Assembly (NCBI GenBank): GCA_021159445.1
Contig: JAGGRV010000409.1
Span: 1 to 35,823 of the forward strand
From: Deltaproteobacteria bacterium
GTDB taxonomy: Bacteria; Desulfobacterota; Dissulfuribacteria; Dissulfuribacterales; UBA3076
Length of the DNA stretch: 35,823 bases
Reading direction: 5' to 3'
Shown here: positions 22,376-31,758 of the stretch, one piece after another
Numbering within the stretch: the stretch's first letter is position 1
Layout of the letters: every line of letters begins with the position of its first letter
Program-made: the position numbers and the translations under genes
The notes under the pieces: model-generated
The model's database searches: none
What the model was told of the DNA's origin: nothing
The model's input: only the letters and a program-made list of their open reading frames with translations

Positions 22376-22732
22376 GTGATACACGTGTTCTGCAGGTTCC
22401 TTGCTGATAAGGTCATTCAGATGTATGAGGATGTCGACGCGTTCCTTGCGTGGCTAAGGGACTTGGAGAGGACGAACGGCTTCAAGGTGCGTATCAGCGA
22501 CGGGTACATTGCTGTGCAGGGCCAGATCACCGTCGGCCTGTCGCCGATGGTTGAGCCTCCGTTGAACTACGTTATGTTAGTGCTTGCGGTCTTCGGCGAG
22601 GTCGGTGTTTACTTGCCAGACTTTGGAGATGGGTATGAGGCAGTAAACAAGTGGTGGAGAGAGAACAAGGACAGGTTGCCCAAGCTAGTGAAGCAAGCGC
22701 TCGAGAAACTGAAACAACACCACAAACCTTAA
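22376..22732 (+). CDS. Hypothetical protein
   Basis: ORF of 118 aa, with a GTG start at 22376 or ATG at 22421 (MYEDVDAF). Confidence 0.5.
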   Translation: MIHVFCRFLADKVIQMYEDVDAFLAWLRDLERTNGFKVRISDGYIAVQGQITVGLSPMVEPPLNYVMLVLAVFGEVGVYLPDFGDGYEAVNKWWRENKDRLPKLVKQALEKLKQHHKP

Positions 22733-22768
22733 AAACCATATATTTTTCATATATACACGGTGGTGCCT
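22731..22768 (+). promoter_or_regulatory. BRE/TATA promoter, probably giving a leaderless mRNA
   Basis: AAAAACCATATATTTTTCATATATACAC lies directly upstream of the ATG at 22769. The TAAAACCATAT..TTTTT element recurs at 27697. Confidence 0.5.
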
Positions 22769-23044
22769 ATGCCGAGTGGTGTAGTGAAGACGCAAAAGCA
22801 GTGGGAGGCTCTGTTAAGGTTCATGGCAAGGCACAGAATCTATTACAATGTAGAGACTGGAGAGTGCTCCTGTCTTGATGAGGACAAGTGGCACCGTGCA
22901 ATATACATTGAGGCTTTAGCGGCCGTGGGGAGACTGACGTACAAGCTGGTAGCAGTGCGCTGCAGGCACGGAATCTGCGGCCAGCTCACAATATTCGACC
23001 AGTACAGCGTTCTGACTACAGTTGATATTGCAGTAAGGAAGTAG
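22769..23044 (+). CDS. Hypothetical Cys-containing protein
   Basis: ORF 22760..23044, ATG at 22769 (MPSGVVKTQKQW). Confidence 0.5.
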   Translation: MPSGVVKTQKQWEALLRFMARHRIYYNVETGECSCLDEDKWHRAIYIEALAAVGRLTYKLVAVRCRHGICGQLTIFDQYSVLTTVDIAVRK

Positions 23045-23056
23045 GGGGTGTGAGAA

Positions 23057-23320
23057 ATGGCTAGGAAGATAGTGATAGTTGGGTCAAGTTGTCTGCACGT
23101 GGAGCCGTCGACGCCGAGAGCTGTCGAGCACTTCACCGACGAAATAGCATTTTACTGCGAGCTAACGTTTGGTCATTGTTTCGAGACACCTATCGAGGTC
23201 AGCACTGTACTAGAGCACCCGAGCAAGGTCAAGGTGTGGATAAAGAACAAGAAGTTCGTTGGCGATGCTAGGTGGGATAGGAAGAACGTGATAATCCACC
23301 TTGAGGAGGTGAGGAAGTAA
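23057..23320 (+). CDS. Hypothetical protein
   Basis: ORF of 87 aa, ATG preceded by GGGGGTGTGAG. Confidence 0.5.
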   Translation: MARKIVIVGSSCLHVEPSTPRAVEHFTDEIAFYCELTFGHCFETPIEVSTVLEHPSKVKVWIKNKKFVGDARWDRKNVIIHLEEVRK

Positions 23321-23643
23321 TGGCCTGCAAGGAGATGTGTGAAGAGATGTATGTGTTTGACAGCTACAATCCTGAGGTCGGGATTTGGTTTCCAGAGTTC
23401 GTTGAAAAGGTCTGGCGCGAGGCGCAGAACATAAAGAAGGCGCTCCAGTTGGAGCCTGTTGCGACAGTGATTTCAGCGATAAGCGATTACACTGACATTT
23501 ACGTGGCTTGGCTTGACGACGAGAGGCTCTTAGTTGTCGTCCCAGACGCTGAGTATGCAAAGGTTGTCCACAGCAAGGAGGAGATGAACGAGGCTCTCAG
23601 GGAGGCCTTGATGAGCATAGGTGCGCTCTATTCATCTCCATAA
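23320..23643 (+). CDS. Hypothetical acidic protein
   Basis: ORF of 107 aa, TAATG overlap with the upstream gene, followed by a T-rich terminator (23645-23670). Confidence 0.5.
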   Translation: MACKEMCEEMYVFDSYNPEVGIWFPEFVEKVWREAQNIKKALQLEPVATVISAISDYTDIYVAWLDDERLLVVVPDAEYAKVVHSKEEMNEALREALMSIGALYSSP

Positions 23644-23757
23644 ATTCCCTTTTTATTTTTTGTTTGTTTGGTGGTGAAAGAGTTTTCTGGTTTCTCTTTT
23701 TGTCCGTGGCTTCGCGCATTAGCAACGAATATTTTTGTGCGTTGCTTCCTATAGCGT

Positions 23758-24810
23758 ATGAGGCGTCTCGTGATCCTAGTCAGCAAGGGAGTTTCGTTGA
23801 AGAATGTCGGTGCTGACATTGCGGACGTGGCGAGCGAGAGTGGCTGGGTTGTGCGTCCTGTGTCGGCGATTGCTTCGCCGCACGACGTCATTTCCATCGC
23901 GGACGCCGCCATAATCGTGATGCCTGTTAATCCCGTCGCGGCGGCGCCGTACATGTTGCTTGCTAGGGATCTCAGGGTTAGGAAGTTCCCTGTGGTCTAC
24001 TACGGGCCTGTGGAGGGTAGGCCTAGCCCGCTCGCTATACAGAAGTGGATGCTTGGCAGCTTCCCGATTGTCGCCCCTAGCGAGTACGTTAGGGACAAGC
24101 TCGTTGAGGTGGGGTTCGGCGTCGTCGACGTGGTTAGGCACGGTGTTAACCTTAGGCTTGTGGAGCGTAGCAAGCCGTACTTCGCGATGGCCAGGAACAA
24201 GGTGCGTAGGGGCCTCGAGAACAAGGTCGTGTTCGGTACCGTCGCCTTCTACCACGTCCGGAAAGGGCTTGAGCGGTTGGCGGACGCTATCCGCCTAGTT
24301 ACGCAGGAGGTAAAGGACGTACACTTCATCATTGTCACGACTGACAGGGGCAGGCTCAAGCTCGGCGACCTGCCAAACACCACGATAGAGACCGCGTTCG
24401 GTGCACGCTCAAGGCAGGAGGTGTTTGCGTGGTATTCAGCGCTCGACTGGGTAATTATCCCGTCGCTCGCGGAGGGGTTCGGCCTGCCTTTGATAGAGGC
24501 TAACGCGGTTGGGGCACCTGTCATCCACAACGCCTTGCCTCCGCTCATGGAGATAACGGACGAGACAGTAAACATTGTGTTCCAGTTCGACAACGTGTAC
24601 GAGAAGAACGTGGGGGACGGCATCGTTTACGAGATGCACGACTACAACCCAGAGCGCCTTGCCAAGGCTATCCTGAAGGCGTACGACGAGACAGTAAACG
24701 CCAGGGACGAGTACGTAGAGAGGAAGAAGCGAGCGATCGAGCACGCGCGCAGGTACGACATCAGGAAGCTGTATCCGCACCTGCTCAAGCTACTTAGCGA
24801 GGTGACGTAG
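23758..24810 (+). CDS. Glycosyltransferase, GT-B fold, GT1/GT4-type
   Basis: IPSLAEGFGLPLIEANAVGAPVIH is the classical E-x7-E Glycos_transf_1 signature. The preceding VFGTVAFYHVRKGLERLADAI is typical of the C-terminal Rossmann domain. Confidence 0.8.
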   Translation: MRRLVILVSKGVSLKNVGADIADVASESGWVVRPVSAIASPHDVISIADAAIIVMPVNPVAAAPYMLLARDLRVRKFPVVYYGPVEGRPSPLAIQKWMLGSFPIVAPSEYVRDKLVEVGFGVVDVVRHGVNLRLVERSKPYFAMARNKVRRGLENKVVFGTVAFYHVRKGLERLADAIRLVTQEVKDVHFIIVTTDRGRLKLGDLPNTTIETAFGARSRQEVFAWYSALDWVIIPSLAEGFGLPLIEANAVGAPVIHNALPPLMEITDETVNIVFQFDNVYEKNVGDGIVYEMHDYNPERLAKAILKAYDETVNARDEYVERKKRAIEHARRYDIRKLYPHLLKLLSEVT

Positions 24811-24811
24811 C

Positions 24812-25369
24812 GTGATCTTCAGGCGTAGGAAGGTCCCTGAAGTAACTCTCGAGCTGGGGCACCTGGTCGAGGAGTGTTTCGTCTGCGGCAAACCCGTCAG
24901 GGTCTTTGTGTGGGCGGTCGCTAAGGTGGAGGACAGGAGGGTTGCGTCGCGTGAGGACGTCGTTAAGCTTGTGGACTATGAAAAAGTCCCTACGGCGACT
25001 GTGTTCGGGTCGAGGTCGGAGACGAAGTTCGTGGTGGTGTGCACGTCCTGCTACGAACGGTTCAGGAAGCTGTACGAGGAGGAGTGGCGCAAGCTCGAGG
25101 AAGTCGGCGAGGGATCACCCTTCGAGAGCTACTGCGAGAATACGCTAGCCTTCCCCTCCGTCGACGACATCATCGAGGTCGCGAAGAAACGCGGTTACAA
25201 GCTGACGAAGCCGTTCGAGAAGGTCAGTCTTGTGACAGAGTGGATCCACGGGATCGCGACCGAGTTACTCGACCAGTACGGACGCAGGATAGCAGTCGCC
25301 TACGTATCAAACGACACACTCCTTGAAAGGATAAAGAAGGAGCTCGGGACTGAAAAAGAGGGTTTTTAG
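24812..25369 (+). CDS. Hypothetical protein with a CxxC...CxxC pair
   Basis: ORF of 185 aa, GTG start after GAGGTGA. Contains CFVCGKP and CTSCYERF. Confidence 0.5.
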   Translation: MIFRRRKVPEVTLELGHLVEECFVCGKPVRVFVWAVAKVEDRRVASREDVVKLVDYEKVPTATVFGSRSETKFVVVCTSCYERFRKLYEEEWRKLEEVGEGSPFESYCENTLAFPSVDDIIEVAKKRGYKLTKPFEKVSLVTEWIHGIATELLDQYGRRIAVAYVSNDTLLERIKKELGTEKEGF

Positions 25370-26184
25370 TCTAGCACGAGCTGGAGCACCTTCTCAACGT
25401 CTCCTTTCTTCACAGCTTCCTCTACGATGTGGTCGGGGTCGCGTGGCTCGTCTTTGCCTTTGCTTCTCCAGTACCTGAGTAAGTGCTTGTAGATCTCGAA
25501 GGCGTAGTATGGCGCGCACCATAGCTCATCGTCGCAGTGGTCTGCCTCGACTATGGTAGCAAACAACTCGGCCAGTACGTAGAGTCTGTGCGTAAATTTA
25601 TCGAGCTCTTTCTCGCTCTTTGCAATTTCCTTGATACGCATATGCACCTGTTTCCCGACCTTCTCGTGGAAGACGATGTGCGCACCCTCGTGCACACCTA
25701 TTAGGAAGGGTTCTTGCTCTAGCGCTTTTTTGCGCAGGAAAATGGCTGCTGCGTACACTGGTTCTTGCCTATGTTTTGCAGGTAGGAAATACCCCATGGA
25801 CGCTGTATTATCTATCAACGTGGGGCCGACGCCTGTAACGACTTCCTTGACTTCGACGCCGAAGTCCTTGAGCACGTGTCTAATACCGTCTATGAACTCG
25901 TTAAGTGTCTCTTCGAGCTTTTCGCATCCTAACTCCTTAACTAATTCAGTTAGGTAATCCCTGTACTTTGCTACGGTGCCTATGTTGTCTACGTATTCGC
26001 TGAAGTCACTTATGCCGTCGATGTCGACCGCACCGACGGGGACGCTGACACCGACTACCTCAAGCTTTTCAGTGTCGAAAAACACCGTTGTTCTACGATC
26101 GACTTCCACCGCGTAGTATCTGCGCACAAACACTATATCGCCTCCGTGTGTTTGTCGAAAGAGGATATAGGTACTGGCAAACAT
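25366..26184 (-). CDS. Hypothetical protein with an HExxH motif (possible zinc metallopeptidase)
   Basis: ORF 25366..26268. Contains GVHEGAHIVFHEK. Start ambiguous (26184, 26205 or 26268). This is the only minus-strand gene inside the 20.5-34.9 kb plus-strand block. Confidence 0.45.
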   Translation of the reverse strand: MFASTYILFRQTHGGDIVFVRRYYAVEVDRRTTVFFDTEKLEVVGVSVPVGAVDIDGISDFSEYVDNIGTVAKYRDYLTELVKELGCEKLEETLNEFIDGIRHVLKDFGVEVKEVVTGVGPTLIDNTASMGYFLPAKHRQEPVYAAAIFLRKKALEQEPFLIGVHEGAHIVFHEKVGKQVHMRIKEIAKSEKELDKFTHRLYVLAELFATIVEADHCDDELWCAPYYAFEIYKHLLRYWRSKGKDEPRDPDHIVEEAVKKGDVEKVLQLVLD

Positions 26185-26203
26185 ATGTTTTTTGGTTGGG
26201 AGC

Positions 26204-27532
26204 ATGACGTTCCTTACGCGCAGGTACCTCGAGGAACTGACCAAGCAAAAGGAGAAGTACTTTAGCAAGGTCGTTAGTGACGACGCTGTCTACGTCAATT
26301 GGCTTAGGACCTACGACACTGCGGACGTGTTTTACGAGCGTATGCTGCAGGCGCTTACGCTCGCGGACTACTACAACATTAGCTTCATACTGTTGTTCGC
26401 CGAGAACCCGAGCGTTGTCGAGCCCCTCAACATCGAGTTTTCTGTCTCGCTCCCGTCGATAGAGGAGATCCTGCAGGGGATCTACGCGGTTTTCGAGAGC
26501 GTCGACCTCTCCATAGAGTTCCCTGGGCAGATCGACTACCCCAGCTTCGTCGACTACAACATCAGGCCTGAGTACCGTGACCAGGCGAAGGAGCTTGAGA
26601 AGGTGAAGGCGAGGTATGGCATAACCCGCTACGGCGAGGGAGTCTACGACCCTGTCATCGTTGCCGAGTTCGTCCGCAACGTGATCACGCGTTACTGGAT
26701 ACAGTTCCTGGACAGGGAGCTGTTCAGGCGTTGGCTGCAGGAGTACGGTGCGAAGCTGGGTATAGCCAGCGAGGTTCAGGAGCTGGTGTGGGACAGGCTC
26801 GGGTTCGTCGACGTTGCGACCCAGGGCCCGTTCATACTCGGTTTCAGTCGCTTAGGCGAGGGCTGGCTCGTGCCCGAGGGACACGAGTTCGAGCGCGTCC
26901 TTGTCGAGCGTCTAGACGGCGAGATTGTCGAGGTCCCTGTGAGGGAGCCCGACGACTACCACCACGGGTTTGTGCTCGGCGTCAGCAGGCTAGGCTACGA
27001 CATCCTGTCCCCGCGCGGCTCGGCGTTCCTGACGCCTCTCCCGCAGGTGCTTGACGTGATACGCACCAAGGAGTTCAGGCTGCGTAGCAGGTACGTACAC
27101 ACCGCGACCGCCTTCGCCAACTACGTGACTGCCAGGGAACTAACTAGCCCGCACAGGTGCGCGAGGATACACCAGTACCATACCCTACGTATCTACATGC
27201 TGTTCGCTGAGGAAGTCGCCGAGCGCGTGTGTCGCAAGTACAGACTGGACAAGTACACGTGCAACAGGTACCGGACGGCCGCAAGGAACCTACTCGCTCT
27301 TGGACTTAGGCGCCATAGGTGGGGAGAGGAGCCTCTGCGCAACATAGACCTCGACGAGCTTAGGGTGCTGTGGATAGCGAGGTGGGTGAAAGAGGGTTTA
27401 AAAGAGGATATTCTGAACGAGATTTTCGAGGGGTGTAGGCCATGGCTTCAGCACCTGAGAAGCCTCAAGTACCAGGTGGGGGAGCTGGTGAAACAAACGC
27501 GAATATCGCTGGCGAGCTACAGAAAGAGATAA
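26204..27532 (+). CDS. Large hypothetical protein (about 442 aa)
   Basis: ORF 26192..27532, likely ATG at 26204 (MTFLTRRYLEEL). No motif recognised. Confidence 0.6.
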   Translation: MTFLTRRYLEELTKQKEKYFSKVVSDDAVYVNWLRTYDTADVFYERMLQALTLADYYNISFILLFAENPSVVEPLNIEFSVSLPSIEEILQGIYAVFESVDLSIEFPGQIDYPSFVDYNIRPEYRDQAKELEKVKARYGITRYGEGVYDPVIVAEFVRNVITRYWIQFLDRELFRRWLQEYGAKLGIASEVQELVWDRLGFVDVATQGPFILGFSRLGEGWLVPEGHEFERVLVERLDGEIVEVPVREPDDYHHGFVLGVSRLGYDILSPRGSAFLTPLPQVLDVIRTKEFRLRSRYVHTATAFANYVTARELTSPHRCARIHQYHTLRIYMLFAEEVAERVCRKYRLDKYTCNRYRTAARNLLALGLRRHRWGEEPLRNIDLDELRVLWIARWVKEGLKEDILNEIFEGCRPWLQHLRSLKYQVGELVKQTRISLASYRKR

Positions 27533-27699
27533 CGCAGACCATCGCGAACTTAATAATCAAGGCACAGGAGCTGGGGTTTGAGCTCGCGACGTGCGAGTGC
27601 CCGCACGCTAACTCCTGCGAAGTCGTTAAGAAGGCTAGGGAGGTCGTTAGGGAGATTAAGCGCTTGGTTGCTATCCAGAGGAGGTTGGTCACGCGCTAA
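27442..27699 (+). CDS. Hypothetical small protein overlapping the upstream gene by 91 nt
   Basis: ORF of 85 aa with a single possible start, after GAGGGGTGTAGG. Helical, contains CECPHANSC. Confidence 0.4.
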   Translation: MASAPEKPQVPGGGAGETNANIAGELQKEITQTIANLIIKAQELGFELATCECPHANSCEVVKKAREVVREIKRLVAIQRRLVTR

Positions 27700-27732
27700 A
27701 ACCATATTTTTTATTTTCGGATATTTACACAC
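27697..27732 (+). promoter_or_regulatory. BRE/TATA promoter, probably giving a leaderless mRNA
   Basis: TAAAACCATATTTTTTATTTTCGGATATTTACACAC lies immediately upstream of the ATG at 27733. Confidence 0.5.
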
Positions 27733-28005
27733 ATGGTTTCCAGGCCGAAAGAGGTTATTCTAACCCCTTTCGCTCTGAGAATCGGCAAGGACGTCGTCAT
27801 CATCCTAGAGGTGATTCCGATAAGGGATGTCCGAGGCGAGGAACGGTACATCGTGGTAGTCACCGCGAAAGGCTCCAGGCCGTTTAGCTTGGTCGTCAAG
27901 GACATGGAGGAGCTGGAGATGAAGCTTAGGGCGGAGCTCGCTAAGGTGAAGCTTATGGAGATGGCGATCGACCCCGTCCTGCTCAACAAGTACCTCGGGA
28001 GGTGA
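27733..28005 (+). CDS. Hypothetical protein
   Basis: ORF of 90 aa. The stop overlaps the next start (TGATG). Confidence 0.55.
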   Translation: MVSRPKEVILTPFALRIGKDVVIILEVIPIRDVRGEERYIVVVTAKGSRPFSLVVKDMEELEMKLRAELAKVKLMEMAIDPVLLNKYLGR

Positions 28006-31000
28006 TGGGCGTGCCCCAGCACGTGCCTGACGAACTGTTTACTGTCTCGACAGAGGAGGCAAGGGAGGTCGGTGAGTTAGTAGCGAACATACTCGTGATC
28101 GACATCGAGGAGGCGCGCAAGATAGACCTGAGGCAAGTCGCGAGCGGAACGGCGGGAATCGTAGACCCGATAGGGCAGCTCCAGGCTTGGCTCGCAGACC
28201 AACTCAACGCTCTGGTAAGCGTCATAGTTACCCCGCTGAGCCAGGCTCTCGAGACCGCCAAGGACTGGCTCTATACGCAGATTAGTAACGCGGTGTCTGG
28301 CTTCGTAGACACTATAATAAATACATTTAATGAAATTATTAAGCCCGTTTCGGAGACAGTAAACACCATCTGGACAGGCCTAAACACGCTTATCTCGGCC
28401 ATAGGCGAGCTAAGCAACACGTTCCTCGAGGGCCTTGCCAAGATCGTGGACACTGTCACGAAGGGGTTCACGGAGCTCGGTTCGGTGCTGACGGGCTTCG
28501 TTAACGCAATAATGCAGTTCCCGAACTGGTTCCCCGAGTGGTTCCAGAAATACATCTCGGAGCCGATAGCTAACGCGCTAAGCACGTTGCCGACGGTCTT
28601 TGCGCAGTCGGTCTCTGCGGTCATAGCTACGATAGTTTCGCAGTTGGAGACGTTGTGGAGGTACTTGAGCGACGCTGCCAAGTTCGTGTGGGACAAGCTG
28701 GTGGAGTTCGGTGCGTGGGTGGCGGAGAAGCTTGTCGAGGCAGCTAAGGCGTTCTACAGCTTCCTCGTGGACGCGTCTGCGTCGTTTGAGTCGTTTGTGA
28801 AGGACGTGTTCACGGGCCTGTTCCAGACGGCGTCCGCGTTCGCAGACGCAATGAAGGACTGGCTCGCGAAGGCGCTGAGGGGCGAGGCCGGCGAGCTAGA
28901 CGTCTACATCGGCGTGTCTGGCGTGATACTGAGCGGTTGGTTAGCGGCCATCTCGCTTCCGCGTCTGCTCAAGTCCCTCGCGGGCACGCTCAGGGGCATG
29001 AGGATACCGATCATCGGCGTGTCGCCGGCGTACATAGCGTACGAGGTCGGCGACTACCTTGAGAACCTGATCCACCAGTACGGTAGGCACACGTTGATGG
29101 GCTGGGCACTGGTCGCGTTCGAGCCCCTCCGCTACGTTTGGAGGGGCATCTGGAAGAGGTTCTTCGAGTCCATCGGCTTCGCAGACATACCGTTTGCGTT
29201 GCCTGAGCTGAGCCACGTGAGGGACGTGATCAGGCGCTCGATGGTGTGGGTAGAGGACTTTGCTAAGCTTGTCAAGGGCGAGTTGCCTGACGCGTTCAGG
29301 GACATGTACGAGAGGGCGAAGCTCGTGCTGGAGATGAGGGGGTTCCCGACCTGGTTCATCGAGTACTGGCTAGACCTCGGCCAGAAGTACAGCATGACCG
29401 TCAAGGACAGGTTCGGTACCGAGAGGCTGATGCTGCTCGGGCCCGTCTGGACGGTGCCGACGCACAGTGAGGCAGTCAGGATGCTCCAGAGGGACGTGTT
29501 CCAGTCACCTATGGAGTGGGCGAGGTTCGTAAGGATCTACGGCTGGAGCGAAGACCTGGCCAAGATGTACTACATGCTCTCGTTCAAGTACCCGAGCTTC
29601 AGGGACCTCTGGGCCTTCCTCACGAGAGGCATAGCGGGGATGCTGTGGTATCGCGCACCTGACTTCGTCAAGCGCATCTTCGAGGCCGACGCTAAGTGGC
29701 TGGGCGCCGGCACCCCCGTCGACCCGTACCAGCTAAACTACGACTACAATGCCTTGTTCAGCGCAGTCAACATCTACGCCAAGTGGATACAGATGAGCAA
29801 CTTTAGCTGGTTCAGGAAGGGTGCGAAGCTGAAGTACGGCGACCAGGAGATCACCATCGACTTCGACTGGACGGCGGACAGCTGGCTAACGTTCGACATC
29901 ACGGCGGACATACCGGGCAAGATCGATGCTAGGTGGATGGTTAAGTGGGGCCTGTTCGACCACCTCACGCTCAAGATAGGGAGGAAAGTCGGTGAGGTGT
30001 CGACGTACCCAGAGGAACCGTTCGTTGACTTGGTGCTTAAGGTGCTCGAGAACCAGGCAACGAGCAATGTTGTTATGGACCTCAGGCCGTTTTGCCGCCT
30101 GCTAGTAGCTAACGGCCTACATCCCGCGTGGGTTCCGCTGACTGCTGTCGCCGAGGCCATCAACGCCTTGGCCGACGAGCGTACGCTTCTGAGGACAGGC
30201 TTCATTAACCTGTTCAAGGAGGGGTTCTTCAGCTACGAGACCCTGGACAAGCTGTTGGAGGGCTTCGTGATCGCGTCGTTCATAGTCGAGTACTTCGACG
30301 TGGCGAGTAAGAAGTGGGTTGCTGGCGCCGTGAATGTCCCTGTCAGGTACCTGCCTGCTGAGCGCAGGTTGCTGGAGCTTAGGGCCGTGATGGACAGGGC
30401 CCTTGACATCTTGCGCGACTTCGTGCGTGAGCTCGCGCGTGCCTACCGCGAGTACATCATCAGGGACGTTGACGGGTTCGTTAAGCTCCTTGTCGGCGGC
30501 GTCGAGACAGTAAACACGTGGTTCAGGAAGCTCATGAAGGACATCACGGGCAAGGAGCTTGCGCTCGTGACAGACCTCGACTACTGGAGGGCCTACGCCG
30601 TCGTTCTCCAGCTGGAGCAGCAGGTGTACACGATCCACAGGATGAGGTACTGGGCAAGCAGGTACATCGGCTGGATCCTGTACCGCCTTGCCTACGGCTA
30701 CGTCAGCATAGAAGACGCTAAGAAAGTCATCGAGCTCGTCGGCCAGGCCTGTATGTTGACGCCTCAGGAGATCCAGCTCCTTGAGCAGCTGAGCGAGCTC
30801 CTCATGGGTATCGCGCGCAGGGAGTACATACCGACGCCGTCCCAACTCGCTACGATAGCGGAGGTCGTGCCTGAGGCTAGGGAACTGTTCCCCAAGGTCG
30901 TGGAGGCGAGGAACATACCTGCGGAGTGGGCCGAGATCTGGTGGAAGTACGTGCAGCTGAAGCCGTTGGTCGACGACGTCAGGAGGTACCTGAGCGTGGT

Positions 31001-31508
31001 AGAGGACCTGTACCAGCGCGGGCTCATAGACGAGGACGCGCTGAGGCAGGCCCTCGACGCCTACAAGCAGTTCGGCCTCGAAGACTTTGAGATAGAGATC
31101 AAGGTCAAGACGGCGCAGCTGGAGAGGGCCAAGCAGGCCTGGACGTGGCTGGTCGGTACACCGCGCGAGCTAGTCACCATGGCCGAGTACTCGCCGAAGG
31201 CTAGGAAACTGGCGCTGACCCTCGTGAATAAGCTGATCGAGTCGCTTCCCGTCGACGACGAGACGAAGCAGTTGCTGAAGGAGATGTGGGAAGAGTACAT
31301 CAGGATCAGGCCAGTATCTGGTGAACTGTCGAGGTTCGTGACCGAGCTCATAAGCGACTACGCCGAGGGCATCATCGACGACGCTCAGCTAGAGCAAGAC
31401 CTCGAGTTCCTGAAGAAGTGGGGCTACGACGACTACGAGATAGAGCTAATTAGGGAGATTGCGAAGCGTAGAAGAATGAGGAGGTCAGCAAGGTATGGAG
31501 GCCCGTAA
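28005..31508 (+). CDS. Very large putative structural protein (about 1167 aa); candidate terminal-fibre or tape-measure-like component
   Basis: The N-terminal ~330 aa are long amphipathic/hydrophobic helices (ISNAVSGFVDTIINTFNEIIKPVSETVNTIWTGLNTLISAIGEL...). The C-terminus carries repeated DDxxLxxxLxxLKKxGxxDxEIE modules. Its size and position recall the large minor structural protein of rudiviruses, but this is inference only. Confidence 0.65.
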   Translation: MGVPQHVPDELFTVSTEEAREVGELVANILVIDIEEARKIDLRQVASGTAGIVDPIGQLQAWLADQLNALVSVIVTPLSQALETAKDWLYTQISNAVSGFVDTIINTFNEIIKPVSETVNTIWTGLNTLISAIGELSNTFLEGLAKIVDTVTKGFTELGSVLTGFVNAIMQFPNWFPEWFQKYISEPIANALSTLPTVFAQSVSAVIATIVSQLETLWRYLSDAAKFVWDKLVEFGAWVAEKLVEAAKAFYSFLVDASASFESFVKDVFTGLFQTASAFADAMKDWLAKALRGEAGELDVYIGVSGVILSGWLAAISLPRLLKSLAGTLRGMRIPIIGVSPAYIAYEVGDYLENLIHQYGRHTLMGWALVAFEPLRYVWRGIWKRFFESIGFADIPFALPELSHVRDVIRRSMVWVEDFAKLVKGELPDAFRDMYERAKLVLEMRGFPTWFIEYWLDLGQKYSMTVKDRFGTERLMLLGPVWTVPTHSEAVRMLQRDVFQSPMEWARFVRIYGWSEDLAKMYYMLSFKYPSFRDLWAFLTRGIAGMLWYRAPDFVKRIFEADAKWLGAGTPVDPYQLNYDYNALFSAVNIYAKWIQMSNFSWFRKGAKLKYGDQEITIDFDWTADSWLTFDITADIPGKIDARWMVKWGLFDHLTLKIGRKVGEVSTYPEEPFVDLVLKVLENQATSNVVMDLRPFCRLLVANGLHPAWVPLTAVAEAINALADERTLLRTGFINLFKEGFFSYETLDKLLEGFVIASFIVEYFDVASKKWVAGAVNVPVRYLPAERRLLELRAVMDRALDILRDFVRELARAYREYIIRDVDGFVKLLVGGVETVNTWFRKLMKDITGKELALVTDLDYWRAYAVVLQLEQQVYTIHRMRYWASRYIGWILYRLAYGYVSIEDAKKVIELVGQACMLTPQEIQLLEQLSELLMGIARREYIPTPSQLATIAEVVPEARELFPKVVEARNIPAEWAEIWWKYVQLKPLVDDVRRYLSVVEDLYQRGLIDEDALRQALDAYKQFGLEDFEIEIKVKTAQLERAKQAWTWLVGTPRELVTMAEYSPKARKLALTLVNKLIESLPVDDETKQLLKEMWEEYIRIRPVSGELSRFVTELISDYAEGIIDDAQLEQDLEFLKKWGYDDYEIELIREIAKRRRMRRSARYGGP

Positions 31509-31758
31509 CATAGAGGCGATAGTAAGGTTAATAGAGAAGCAGGTTGAGGCAACGCTTGAGGTACCTGAAAGCGTAGTGATAAGGAATGCTGTCACGGAAC
31601 TAGTCAACAGCTATGTAGAGGGAAAAATCGATGATAAGGAGTTGGAGGCGAACCTGGAGTTGCTAAAGAAGTTTGGTCTTGACGACCGCGAAATCGAGTT
31701 AATCCGCATATTTGCGCGTAAAGCTAGGACTAGGAGGTTGACAAGGTATGGCCAGTAA
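31495..31758 (+). CDS. Small protein paralogous to the C-terminal ~65 aa of the 1168-aa protein
   Basis: VTELVNSYVEGKIDDKELEANLELLKKFGLDDREIELIRIFARKARTRRLTRYGQ compares with VTELISDYAEGIIDDAQLEQDLEFLKKWGYDDYEIELIREIAKRRRMRRSARYGGP. Confidence 0.6.
   Translation: MEARNIEAIVRLIEKQVEATLEVPESVVIRNAVTELVNSYVEGKIDDKELEANLELLKKFGLDDREIELIRIFARKARTRRLTRYGQ

Noticed and set aside
25366-26184. A confident zinc-metalloprotease call from the HEGAH motif.
   Set aside because: A bare HExxH occurs frequently by chance, and I could not recognise a third ligand or Met-turn context. The call is kept only as a tentative label.
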